Position numbers and translations under genes: made by a program. 39,724 nucleotides of DNA, taken from an uncultured Gammaproteobacteria bacterium (GTDB lineage: Bacteria; Cyanobacteriota; Vampirovibrionia; LMEP-6097). The notes below the pieces were generated by a model that was not told where the DNA came from, did no database searches, and saw only the letters and a list, made by a program, of their open reading frames with translations. The DNA is taken from NCBI GenBank assembly GCA_964551925.1, contig CAZKFA010000004.1:22881-62604 (forward strand). The letters run 5' to 3'. Of this stretch, positions 19,858 to 28,625 are shown one piece after another. The stretch's first letter is position 1. Each line of letters opens with the position of its first letter.

Positions 19858-20620
19858 GAGCCAGATGTTCGGCGTGTTGGACCGCCGTCCCGATATATAC
19901 TGTGGTTAATATCGTGAACAAGAATGATTGTAATAGCCCAACAAAAACTTCAAAACCCAATACCGCAACTGGCAATACTAAAGCAACTAAAGAAATAAAA
20001 GTAGCTAGTAAAGTCTCCCCTGCAACAGTATTTGCAAAAAGTCGCAAAGACAAGGTTAAGGGTCTAACAATTAAATCCATCAATTCAATCAAACACATCA
20101 AATTCAAACTAGGACCTTTAGCACCAAAGTTAATTGGCAAGAAGGTTTGGATATACTGCCATCCAGCGATACTAACTCCAGTCATAAAATAACTAATTAC
20201 AACTAATAGAGCAATGCCAGCAGGTATATTAATATCAGCACAAGGACTAGCTCCATGCCAAGCGTGATGATGAATATGTTCACCCTCATGAACAGCAATC
20301 TGCGGCCACCACTCAAACACAGAGCCCATCTTCCAAGGTAATAAGCCTGCGTAATAATTTACTAGAATAAAAATAAAAATCGAACCAACAAAGAAAACAT
20401 AAGCATCACCACGTTTACCAATTTGGTTACGTGATAAATTACGTATGAAATCAAAAATGCCTTCCGCGATATGCTGTCTTACACCATAAGCAGAGACATT
20501 ATCAGTCAGACCAACTCTAAGCACTAGAGCAACAACAAGAATCACTAGCATACATGCCCAAGTAAAATAAAGGCTGTCGGCATTGACTGTATATCCAAAA
20601 AACTCTTTAGTAATATGCAT
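19841..20620 (-). CDS. atpB: F0 ATP synthase subunit a
   Basis: RPLTLSLRLFANTVAGE (essential Arg), FEVFVGLLQSFLFTILTTVYI. Confidence 0.95.
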   Translation of the reverse strand: MHITKEFFGYTVNADSLYFTWACMLVILVVALVLRVGLTDNVSAYGVRQHIAEGIFDFIRNLSRNQIGKRGDAYVFFVGSIFIFILVNYYAGLLPWKMGSVFEWWPQIAVHEGEHIHHHAWHGASPCADINIPAGIALLVVISYFMTGVSIAGWQYIQTFLPINFGAKGPSLNLMCLIELMDLIVRPLTLSLRLFANTVAGETLLATFISLVALVLPVAVLGFEVFVGLLQSFLFTILTTVYIGTAVQHAEHLAHAEHH

Positions 20621-20622
20621 AA

Positions 20623-20946
20623 TTAGGGTCTACTCCAAGAACCACTATTCAATAATACTACTTTATACACGATAAAAGCCAATAAAATTGCAAATAAATC
20701 ACAGTCATATTTAATAATTAGTATTGCCAGAAAAGCTCCTATCAGAAAAACACGACAAACTGAAATAAGAATTAACAAAGGGCTCTTTGCCTGCTTATTC
20801 AACAAGCTCATAAAATTGAAAGTTAATAATCTTAAATAAATATTGAAAGCAGCTGATGCCAACAAAAAAAACTTAGCAAACTGTGGTTGCCAGAAATAAA
20901 GCAAAGCTGCTAGAACAATAACTACAATAGTATGACGATTAATCAT
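20623..20946 (-). CDS. atpI: ATP synthase protein I-like membrane protein
   Basis: 107 aa, about 4 TM segments, immediately upstream of atpB, C-terminal F..YK motif. Confidence 0.7.
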   Translation of the reverse strand: MINRHTIVVIVLAALLYFWQPQFAKFFLLASAAFNIYLRLLTFNFMSLLNKQAKSPLLILISVCRVFLIGAFLAILIIKYDCDLFAILLAFIVYKVVLLNSGSWSRP

Positions 20947-21674
20947 TAACGCAGATTCCGCGCAATAACAATGCGGCTTTCAAAAGAATTTTTGCTTAAA
21001 GACAAAACTTGCCAATTATTTATTCGCAATAATTCATCTAACTCCTCATCACTATAATTACGCAAAAACATACCATTACGATAAGTATCATGATATTGAT
21101 GAGTACCATCTTCTAATACATCAAACTCACCTCTGGAGCCAGTTGCAACCTTATCAAAAACGGCAAACATAATACCATCAGGTTTAATCAATCGCTTAAT
21201 TTGAGCTAAAAATTGATTGCCACGAGCATAATCCAAATGCTCAAACGCAGCATTAATTAAGATACCATCAAAACTATTCTCTAAAAAAGGCATCATAAAC
21301 ATATCAGCTACAACAAATCCAAGATCGTCAAGATTAATCTTCTCTACACTCAAACTGTCATCGAATAACTTAGCTTCAGGATTAGCTTTTCTTTGCTCTA
21401 AAACACCGCCAGCAAGCTTAATTGCTGATTGTGAGATATCAACCCCAGTAACCTTAAAGCCAAACTCATTAAGATAGAAACTTAACCAACCAGAACCACA
21501 GGCAATATCTAATATATGCTGGCAATCATATTCTGCAAAAACACCAGGTATGTCCTTAATGTAAGCTAGAGTATCAGGAATTTTATGAACTGGGTTCTTG
21601 ACCCGCTGCCAAGCATCCTCCCAAAATTGTAGATTCTTCTGGTAAAGATTGTTGTCAATAAGGTTTGCTTTCAT
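20946..21674 (-). CDS. Class I SAM-dependent methyltransferase
   Basis: ILDIACGSG, VTGVDIS, FDGILINAAFEH, LIKPDG. TAATG overlap with atpI. Confidence 0.9.
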   Translation of the reverse strand: MKANLIDNNLYQKNLQFWEDAWQRVKNPVHKIPDTLAYIKDIPGVFAEYDCQHILDIACGSGWLSFYLNEFGFKVTGVDISQSAIKLAGGVLEQRKANPEAKLFDDSLSVEKINLDDLGFVVADMFMMPFLENSFDGILINAAFEHLDYARGNQFLAQIKRLIKPDGIMFAVFDKVATGSRGEFDVLEDGTHQYHDTYRNGMFLRNYSDEELDELLRINNWQVLSLSKNSFESRIVIARNLR

Positions 21675-21689
21675 TAGGACTATAACTCC

Positions 21690-21699
21690 ATTATATAAT
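21690..21699. promoter_or_regulatory. Palindromic ATTATATAAT giving TATAAT on both strands
   Basis: Lies between the divergent methyltransferase (ATG 21674, GGAG upstream) and rodA (GTG 21709, 9 nt downstream). Confidence 0.6.
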
Positions 21700-21708
21700 A
21701 GAAGCGTC

Positions 21709-22995
21709 GTGAGTTACAAAATCTTCAATTGGCGCATTAATTTAACAGATCCAACTCTGGTTAACGCCATCATTGCTTTGCTTTTTATTAGCATTACTAC
21801 TCTATTAAGCGTTGCTGAACAAGGCTTAGCAATGAAACAATTTGCATTCGTACTAATATCCTTTTTATTAGTTTTTGTAAGCTTTCGAATGATTGATTTC
21901 AGCCTATACCAAATCTATGCTAATTGGATTTATATTTTTAATATCATCTTATTAATTGCTCTAAAATTTTTTGGGGCTACTGTATTGGGCTCACAGCGCT
22001 GGTTACAACTAGGTCCAATTAATATTCAACCAAGCGAAATAGCTAAAGTGTGTCTCATTGTTTATCTAGCAAGCTGGCTAATCCGCAATCCAATAAGAAA
22101 CTTCCTCGATATCATTAAAACATTACTGATAGTTGCCCCTCCAGCATTATTAGTATTGGTACAACCAGATCTAGGAACGACACTTGTCTATATCGCTATT
22201 ACAATCGGCATGCTATTTGCTGCTGGAGCTAAATTGATAGAGCTAGTAATTCTTGTCTCTCCATTAATTAGTGCCATTCTCTCTTTAATGGGCACTCAGT
22301 TAATGACTTACGAACACGAGAATCTTGTGTTTCACCTTACGGCTCCGGGGTTAGCCTTTTTGGTCTTAGTTATAGTCGCGGCTACCGTACATTACAAAGC
22401 ATGGAAACGCCCTTGGGTAAGCTTTGGATTCTTTTGGATTATTGCAGTCAATTTACTTTCTATAGTATTAAGATCTTTTGCTTGGGGCTTTCTTAAAGAT
22501 TATCAACAGAAACGCCTGACGATTTTTCTGGATCCTTACGTGGATCCTCTCGGTGCTGGCTATCACATTATTCAAAGTTTGTACGCGATTGGTAGTGGTG
22601 GCTTCTGGGGTAGAGGCTACCAGAATGGCGAGCTAACTCAAGGAAACTTTGTCCCTGAACAACATACGGACTTCATCTATTCAGCTATTGGTGAAGAATG
22701 GGGCTTCGTTGGTACAGCTTTAGTTTTATTTCTTTACGGACTAGTGCTGGTAAAAATAATTCAAATCGCAAAAAATACTGATGATAAGTTCAGTGAACTA
22801 GTTTCTATTGGGGTATTTGCCAAATTATTTTTTCATATCTTTGTTAATATTGGCATGACATTAAGCGTTATGCCAATCACCGGTGTACCTCTACCATTTA
22901 TGAGTTATGGTGGAAGTGCTCTACTAGTAGATATGTTCTTGATTTCATTAGTTATCAAAAGTGGTGTTGCTAATAGAATTAGCCGCAAATTATAA
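21709..22995 (+). CDS. rodA: Rod shape-determining SEDS protein RodA
   Basis: GSQRW, IQPSEIAK, QPDLGT, GAGYHIIQS, FVPEQHTDFI, PITGVPLPFMSYGGS. GTG 21709 preferred over the overlapping TTG 21649. Confidence 0.93.
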   Translation: MSYKIFNWRINLTDPTLVNAIIALLFISITTLLSVAEQGLAMKQFAFVLISFLLVFVSFRMIDFSLYQIYANWIYIFNIILLIALKFFGATVLGSQRWLQLGPINIQPSEIAKVCLIVYLASWLIRNPIRNFLDIIKTLLIVAPPALLVLVQPDLGTTLVYIAITIGMLFAAGAKLIELVILVSPLISAILSLMGTQLMTYEHENLVFHLTAPGLAFLVLVIVAATVHYKAWKRPWVSFGFFWIIAVNLLSIVLRSFAWGFLKDYQQKRLTIFLDPYVDPLGAGYHIIQSLYAIGSGGFWGRGYQNGELTQGNFVPEQHTDFIYSAIGEEWGFVGTALVLFLYGLVLVKIIQIAKNTDDKFSELVSIGVFAKLFFHIFVNIGMTLSVMPITGVPLPFMSYGGSALLVDMFLISLVIKSGVANRISRKL

Positions 22996-22997
22996 CC

Positions 22998-23033
22998 GAC
23001 CTGTTTTATCGAAACTTTGTTTCGCAACAGATC
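22998..23033. terminator. Hairpin between convergent rodA and M23 genes (possible terminator or MITE remnant)
   Basis: CGAAAC-TTT-GTTTCG (23010-23024) inside GACCTGTT...AACAGATC; no clear U-tract. Confidence 0.4.
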
Positions 23034-23035
23034 AC

Positions 23036-23911
23036 TTAAAATATATCTTTTGAGACAAATAGCTCTGGCTCAACACTGGTCCCTGAGAGGTAGACACCCC
23101 AATGCAAATGTGGTCCCGTTGAGATACCCGTATGACCAACGGCTCCAATTAATTGACCTGCTGTTACATTATCACCCTGCTTAACATCAATACGATTCAA
23201 GTGCATATAGATAGATGTCAATCCCTGACCGTGATCTAGAATAATCGTATTGCCATGCACGACAAATCCATCTTTCTCATAGCCGACAGTGGCAACTCGT
23301 CCTGCTGCTGGAGCATAGACTGGAGAACCTAATGCTCCAGCGAAATCTAAACCTTTGTGATAACTATCAATCGGTCCATTATTATATGAACGCTTCACAC
23401 CAAAAGGACTTGATTTAGCAGCTTTAGATGGATAAATAAATTTACCAACCCATAATTTATCTGCCGATAAAGTCTTAAGTCCAGCACCAACTTCATTAAG
23501 TTCTTTAGCAGTAGCGTCTAATGTTTTCTCAGGACCAAGATGAATATAGGAGACCCCTTTACCATTATCAATAATTTTTACAGGAATCTTCTCTTCCCAA
23601 GTATCACTAATACGTGCAAGCACAGCATAAGAACCTGGCTTAGTCAGATTCTCAACAGGAACTAAACTTCGATAAGTATCTTCCGCAATTAAAAAAGCTG
23701 GATATTCTTTACTATTAAAAAAAACTTTTGGATTTGACTTAGCATTACTGATAGTCACATAAAAGAACTCACCTTGCCTAACAGAAGTCCTATCCAAAGA
23801 TAATTTAGTGATCTTGAGCTCTTGAATCGTATTAACATTAGGCTCAATATCATTAGCACAGGCTGAATTAAGTAATAAAGAACAAGCAACTACTAAGATT
23901 CGATAAAACAT
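23036..23911 (-). CDS. M23 family metallopeptidase
   Basis: Signal peptide, HKGLD (HxxxD), YMHL, STGPHLHW (HxH). Confidence 0.93.
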   Translation of the reverse strand: MFYRILVVACSLLLNSACANDIEPNVNTIQELKITKLSLDRTSVRQGEFFYVTISNAKSNPKVFFNSKEYPAFLIAEDTYRSLVPVENLTKPGSYAVLARISDTWEEKIPVKIIDNGKGVSYIHLGPEKTLDATAKELNEVGAGLKTLSADKLWVGKFIYPSKAAKSSPFGVKRSYNNGPIDSYHKGLDFAGALGSPVYAPAAGRVATVGYEKDGFVVHGNTIILDHGQGLTSIYMHLNRIDVKQGDNVTAGQLIGAVGHTGISTGPHLHWGVYLSGTSVEPELFVSKDIF

Positions 23912-23988
23912 ACTTCTCTAGGATACAACAAGAAGCTTAGCTATGCTAGAATCTCAGCAGAGTCAAGATATCACACAAGGAGAACAAG

Positions 23989-24378
23989 ATGCGAGTACAG
24001 GATTTATCTACAGCAAATATTTGGGCAGGATTGAATGCATTAAGGGGTGAGAATACATCGCTTACTAGACCAGCTTACTATGATAATAGTAAAAGGCGTA
24101 ATAGCGGTGAAGCTACGACTAATCAAAGAGCTTTTTCTACTGATGTCTTGCATAGAGTAGTTGGCTTACTAGCAGCAGATGATTCATCTAGTCATTATTT
24201 GAGCTGCGATCCTAGTTTTCTAGGTAATGTTTTTGCTAAAGCTCTAAAAGATGCAACGAGCTACCTCAAAGGGCATATTACAAAAATACTAGAAGAAGGC
24301 GATCATGGTGAATGGATAAAACGTTGCTTCTTAGATCAATCTAAGAGTCCAGGAGTAGCTCTGGCAGAGGTTGCTTAA
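23989..24378 (+). CDS. Hypothetical protein
   Basis: 129-aa ORF with AGGAG RBS and TGcTAGAAT at 23944-23952. Confidence 0.7.
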   Translation: MRVQDLSTANIWAGLNALRGENTSLTRPAYYDNSKRRNSGEATTNQRAFSTDVLHRVVGLLAADDSSSHYLSCDPSFLGNVFAKALKDATSYLKGHITKILEEGDHGEWIKRCFLDQSKSPGVALAEVA

Positions 24379-26128
24379 TTTCTGCAACCACGCCTTTAGT
24401 AACATTAATAACACGATCACAGCTTTTAGTGGTGCTGAGCCTATGAGCAATGACAATCACGGTGTGACTTTGCATTAATTTCTCAATAGCTTTATAGACA
24501 TAAGTCTGAGAGTCATTGTCAAGTGCGCTAGTAGGTTCATCAAGAATAATAATAGGCGCCTTACTTAAAAATGCTCGTGCAAGAGCTATTCTTTGTCTTT
24601 GACCAATCGATAATTGATTACCCTGCTCACCAATATGAGTATCAAGTCCCTTTGGCAATTGATCAGCAAACTCTAGTACATAAGAATCTCTAGCAGCTTC
24701 ATTAAGCTCAGTTTCAGTAGCTTTAGTAGCTAGAACGATATTATCCCTGATAGTGCCAGTAAACAATAAAGGTTCTTGAGTAACAATTGCAATCTGCGCT
24801 CTCAATTGCTCTAGGCTCAATTCCTGTATATTAATACCATCAAGCAAAATCTTACCACTATCAATTTCGTAGAAACGCGGTATTAAGCTCACCAAGCTCG
24901 TTTTACCACCACCACTAGGCCCTACTAGAGCGACACTAGTATGAGCTTCAATAGTGAGATTCAAGCCATCAAAAAGTTTCTGATCAGCATAGGCAAAATT
25001 CACATCAATGAACTCAAGCTTACCGACAAAGGTTTGATCAATTTTAGCCGTTACTTTATCTTCTTGAATCGGCTCATCAAGAATCATAAACACTCTATCT
25101 AATACACCCAGAGCGGATTGCACTATAGTAGAGACTCTGCCTAAGCGTTTCACTGGATCATAAAGCAAAATACTAGTAACAAAGAAAGAAGAGAATTCAC
25201 CAACACTCAAAGTACCATTCTGTACAAAACTTAAACCAAGAAACAAAATTACCGAAATGCCAATCGCTGCAATAATATTAGTCAGCGGAGACACTGCTGC
25301 CATGAGCCAAACCCAGCGTTTATAAAGCTTATAGAGCACATTAGATTCTTCAATGAACTTAGCCTGTCGCCAATGCTCTAAATTAAAGGCTTTGATGACA
25401 CGTTGATTGTTAAGAGTCTCTTGAATATAACTACCAATAGTACCAACGTAATCTTGACCACTGCGACTATAACTGCGGATCTGCTTACCAAGCTTAATTA
25501 CAGGAATCGCAAAAAGTGGCAAGGTCACCATAGATAATAATGTAAGTTTCCAATTTAAAACTAAAAGCCAAGCAAACAAGAAAAACGCAGTAAAACTTTC
25601 ATTGAATAAATTCATCAAACTCTCTGCTAGCCACGATTGTAAGCTCTGTAAATCACTAGAAACTACTGAGACCAAAGAACCACTCTCATATTTTCTTTGA
25701 CTCTTCAATGACATCATATTGAGATGATTATGAAACTTCTCACGTAAATCTTTTGTTACCAAAAGACCTAACTTGCGCGAATTATACTGATAGAGAAATT
25801 TAAATATTGCTTCTACTACAAAAACCAAAACAATCATTATGGGCAGCGTAATCTGCAAGTGACTCGGATTAAGCTCAAAGCTCTTTGGGTCAATCATCAG
25901 GTGTAATTTATCCTGAATAACGCTAATATTCTCCAAAACCTGCTTCGGCAATATAGAAAAAACCTCCTCGCCATCTTCTAGCGCAGTTAATCCATCTATA
26001 GCAATCTTAATTAACCACGAAGGCAACACCGCAGCTAAGCCACTGACAAACATACTGATCAATGACAAATATGCTAATCCTTGAAAAGGTTTGCCAATTT
26101 TGATCAATTTATCAATGCTAGTGCTCAT
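24341..26128 (-). CDS. ABC exporter, fused TMD-NBD (MsbA-like)
   Basis: N-terminal TM domain, Walker A GPSGGGKT, signature LSIGQRQ, Walker B IILDE, IAHR. Confidence 0.92.
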   Translation of the reverse strand: MSTSIDKLIKIGKPFQGLAYLSLISMFVSGLAAVLPSWLIKIAIDGLTALEDGEEVFSILPKQVLENISVIQDKLHLMIDPKSFELNPSHLQITLPIMIVLVFVVEAIFKFLYQYNSRKLGLLVTKDLREKFHNHLNMMSLKSQRKYESGSLVSVVSSDLQSLQSWLAESLMNLFNESFTAFFLFAWLLVLNWKLTLLSMVTLPLFAIPVIKLGKQIRSYSRSGQDYVGTIGSYIQETLNNQRVIKAFNLEHWRQAKFIEESNVLYKLYKRWVWLMAAVSPLTNIIAAIGISVILFLGLSFVQNGTLSVGEFSSFFVTSILLYDPVKRLGRVSTIVQSALGVLDRVFMILDEPIQEDKVTAKIDQTFVGKLEFIDVNFAYADQKLFDGLNLTIEAHTSVALVGPSGGGKTSLVSLIPRFYEIDSGKILLDGINIQELSLEQLRAQIAIVTQEPLLFTGTIRDNIVLATKATETELNEAARDSYVLEFADQLPKGLDTHIGEQGNQLSIGQRQRIALARAFLSKAPIIILDEPTSALDNDSQTYVYKAIEKLMQSHTVIVIAHRLSTTKSCDRVINVTKGVVAEIKQPLPELLLDS

Positions 26129-26202
26129 TTGTGGGGGGTTTTATTATTTTAGCGCATATCACTTGCTTTTTAGCTTAACTATTCTCTACAATTATAGAAG
26201 AA

Positions 26203-26793
26203 ATGAATGGCTTAACCAAAACATCCAAAGCCCAGCAAACTCAGACTAGGATTCTTAAAGTTGCACGTAATCTCTTTGCAAGTCAAAGTTTCAATACCAC
26301 TACCATTAAAGATATAACCGATGCTGCTGGATTAGGTTATGGCACTTTTTACCTTTATTTCAAAGACAAAAGAGATGTTTTTAATGCTTTAGTTGAACAA
26401 GTTGAAGATGAGTTATACACTGCTTTTCAAGGGGGAGTTGATTTAGACAAAGATTATTCTAAAGGTCGTAATTCATATCGCGCACTCAGAGAGGATCTCA
26501 AGGCAATACTCAGAAGCTTTCAGCGTAATGCTGCAATACTTAAATTCAGCAAAGAACTAAGTTATATCGATCCGGAATTTAATAAACGCTATCAAGCAAT
26601 GCGCGCACGTTTAATTAATCGAACTAAACAAATCTTAGAAAAAAGTGGACTCAAATCACTCAACCCAGATATTGCAGCAGTCGCGCTTGCTGGCATGATA
26701 GAAGCTGCTGCCACTGAGTGGACCGAAAGCGGCTTAGAGATAGATGAGGTTCTACCTACTATCACCAAGTTGTATTTTAAAGCTGTGTCCTAA
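26203..26793 (+). CDS. TetR/AcrR family regulator
   Basis: HTH TTIKDITDAAGLGYGTFYLYFKDK. Candidate promoter TTGCTT-N18-TACAAT (26163-26192). Confidence 0.93.
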   Translation: MNGLTKTSKAQQTQTRILKVARNLFASQSFNTTTIKDITDAAGLGYGTFYLYFKDKRDVFNALVEQVEDELYTAFQGGVDLDKDYSKGRNSYRALREDLKAILRSFQRNAAILKFSKELSYIDPEFNKRYQAMRARLINRTKQILEKSGLKSLNPDIAAVALAGMIEAAATEWTESGLEIDEVLPTITKLYFKAVS

Positions 26794-26831
26794 AGTGAGT
26801 TCTAATAACTTAGAAAATTAATAAGATTGCA

Positions 26832-27995
26832 TTACACAAGCTCAACAGCAGTCGCTATCGCCTGCCCAAAACCAACACACATGGTTATTAGACCGCGTTT
26901 CATTTTACGACGCTCTAACTCATTTACTAGAGTTGTTAGTATTCTTGCACCCGAACAGCCAAGTGGATGTCCTAATGCTATCGCCCCACCATTAACATTA
27001 ACCTTATCAAGCGGAATATTCAAATCTTTTACTACCGCTAAAACAACTGAAGCAAAGGCTTCATTAATCTCTATTAAATCAAAATCCTCAATAGTCATAT
27101 TAGTTAGTTCTAATAATTTTTTGACTGCTGGTATCGGTCCCGTTAATTGATACTCTGGATCAGAGCCACAGACATAGGTTCTAATAATTTTCGCTCGAGG
27201 TTTAAGATTATATTTCTTTAGAGCCGCTTCACTTGCCACCAAGACCGCTGAAGCTCCGTCAGTGATTTGACTTGCGTTACCAGCAGTAACAACGCCCCCA
27301 TCTTTAAATGGAGTTGGCAGAGTTGCCATCTTGGCTGGATCTATAGTTGCTCGGATACCCTCATCTTTATCAACAATGCCAAAGCTTGGTGTTGCCACAG
27401 AAACAATCTCATTATCAAAATAGCCATTTTGCTGAGCATGATAAGCCTTGGCATGAGAATCTATACTAAATTGATCTAGCTCTTCACGAGTGAATTGCCA
27501 TTTCTCGGCGATCATCTCAGCTGATTGTCCCATAGATTTCAGTTGATATTTAGTTAGGTAACTTTCTGGCAAAGTCGTTCCCTGATTTGCTGCCATCGGC
27601 AAAGGCAAACCATCCATCCCCATTGGTACGCGGCCCATGTGCTCCACACCACCAGCGATAATCAAATCATATTCGCCAGATTTAATTGCTTGGCAAGCAA
27701 ATTCAATTGATTGCAAACCAGAACTACACATACGATTAATTTGTACTCCTGGGACGCTTTGATCAAGAGCCACCAAAGAAATCAATCGAGCAATATTCAT
27801 ACCTTGCTCACCAATAGGAGTAACGCAACCATAAATTAAATCATCAATGTTTTTTGGATCAAGATGATTTCTTTCAATCAAAGCTTTAACTGGGATAGCC
27901 CCCAAATCAACAGGATGAATTTCGGAAAGTGAACAACCAGCCTTGCCCCTACCCATAGGACTACGTAACAAATCAACAAGAAAAACTTCCCTCAT
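26832..27995 (-). CDS. Thiolase (acetyl-CoA C-acyltransferase family)
   Basis: INRMCSSG (catalytic Cys), NEAFA, GGAIALGHPLGCSG, TMCVGFGQ. Confidence 0.95.
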   Translation of the reverse strand: MREVFLVDLLRSPMGRGKAGCSLSEIHPVDLGAIPVKALIERNHLDPKNIDDLIYGCVTPIGEQGMNIARLISLVALDQSVPGVQINRMCSSGLQSIEFACQAIKSGEYDLIIAGGVEHMGRVPMGMDGLPLPMAANQGTTLPESYLTKYQLKSMGQSAEMIAEKWQFTREELDQFSIDSHAKAYHAQQNGYFDNEIVSVATPSFGIVDKDEGIRATIDPAKMATLPTPFKDGGVVTAGNASQITDGASAVLVASEAALKKYNLKPRAKIIRTYVCGSDPEYQLTGPIPAVKKLLELTNMTIEDFDLIEINEAFASVVLAVVKDLNIPLDKVNVNGGAIALGHPLGCSGARILTTLVNELERRKMKRGLITMCVGFGQAIATAVELV

Positions 27996-28085
27996 ACTTA
28001 CAATATACCCAAATCTTGCAAAAAATAGCGAAATACTTAGACATACAAGATAACTCCGACTGTGGCTTTGCTATAATTAGAACAT

Positions 28086-28625
28086 ATGTGCCCAGATTAC
28101 GTTGAAGAAGAATTAGAAATAATGAATGAGAATTCAAATGAACAAAGTCGAGAATCTTGTATGGCAACAGGAATAGACATTGAAGATCCTATTCGTATTT
28201 TAAATTTGAGCCCAGTAATTTCAGTCAATTTTGGTACGACTATAAGAGCTGTTCTTAAAATTTTGAATGATAATCATATTGGCTGTGTTACTGTCACGGA
28301 TAATAATGCAAATACTATTGGTATTTTTACTGAAAGAGATATTTTACGCAAAATAGCTGGCAAGGGTTTAGATTTTGATAAGGAAACAATAGATAATTAT
28401 ATGACACAGAATCCTGAAATGCTTTCAGAGAACGATCCTATAGCTTTTGCATTAAACAAGATGTCAGATGGTTCTTATCGTCATATTCCTATCACTCGCA
28501 ACCGCGAAGTTAGATTTATGTTATCAGTCAAAGATATCGTCGATCAAATTGCTTTTACCTACCGCAAGAAAATTCTTAACCTACCACCTGATCTCAAGCA
28601 ACAGATCAGTGAGTATGGTGGCTAA
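28086..28625 (+). CDS. CBS-domain pair protein
   Basis: IGIFTERDILRK, MTQNP, YRHIPI, LSVKDI. TGcTATAAT (28069-28077) lies 8 nt before the ATG. Confidence 0.9.
   Translation: MCPDYVEEELEIMNENSNEQSRESCMATGIDIEDPIRILNLSPVISVNFGTTIRAVLKILNDNHIGCVTVTDNNANTIGIFTERDILRKIAGKGLDFDKETIDNYMTQNPEMLSENDPIAFALNKMSDGSYRHIPITRNREVRFMLSVKDIVDQIAFTYRKKILNLPPDLKQQISEYGG

Noticed and set aside
21649-21708. Extended RodA N-terminus from TTG 21649
   Set aside because: It overlaps the divergent methyltransferase start; GTG 21709 fits the -10 spacing better.
24595-24620. ABC signature LSIGQ instead of LSGGQ
   Set aside because: Single substitutions at this position are common in ABC exporters, and the other NBD motifs are intact.
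26800-26815. TTCTAA-TAAC-TTAGAA hairpin between tetR and the thiolase gene
   Set aside because: The AT-rich 6-bp stem is too weak to call a terminator.
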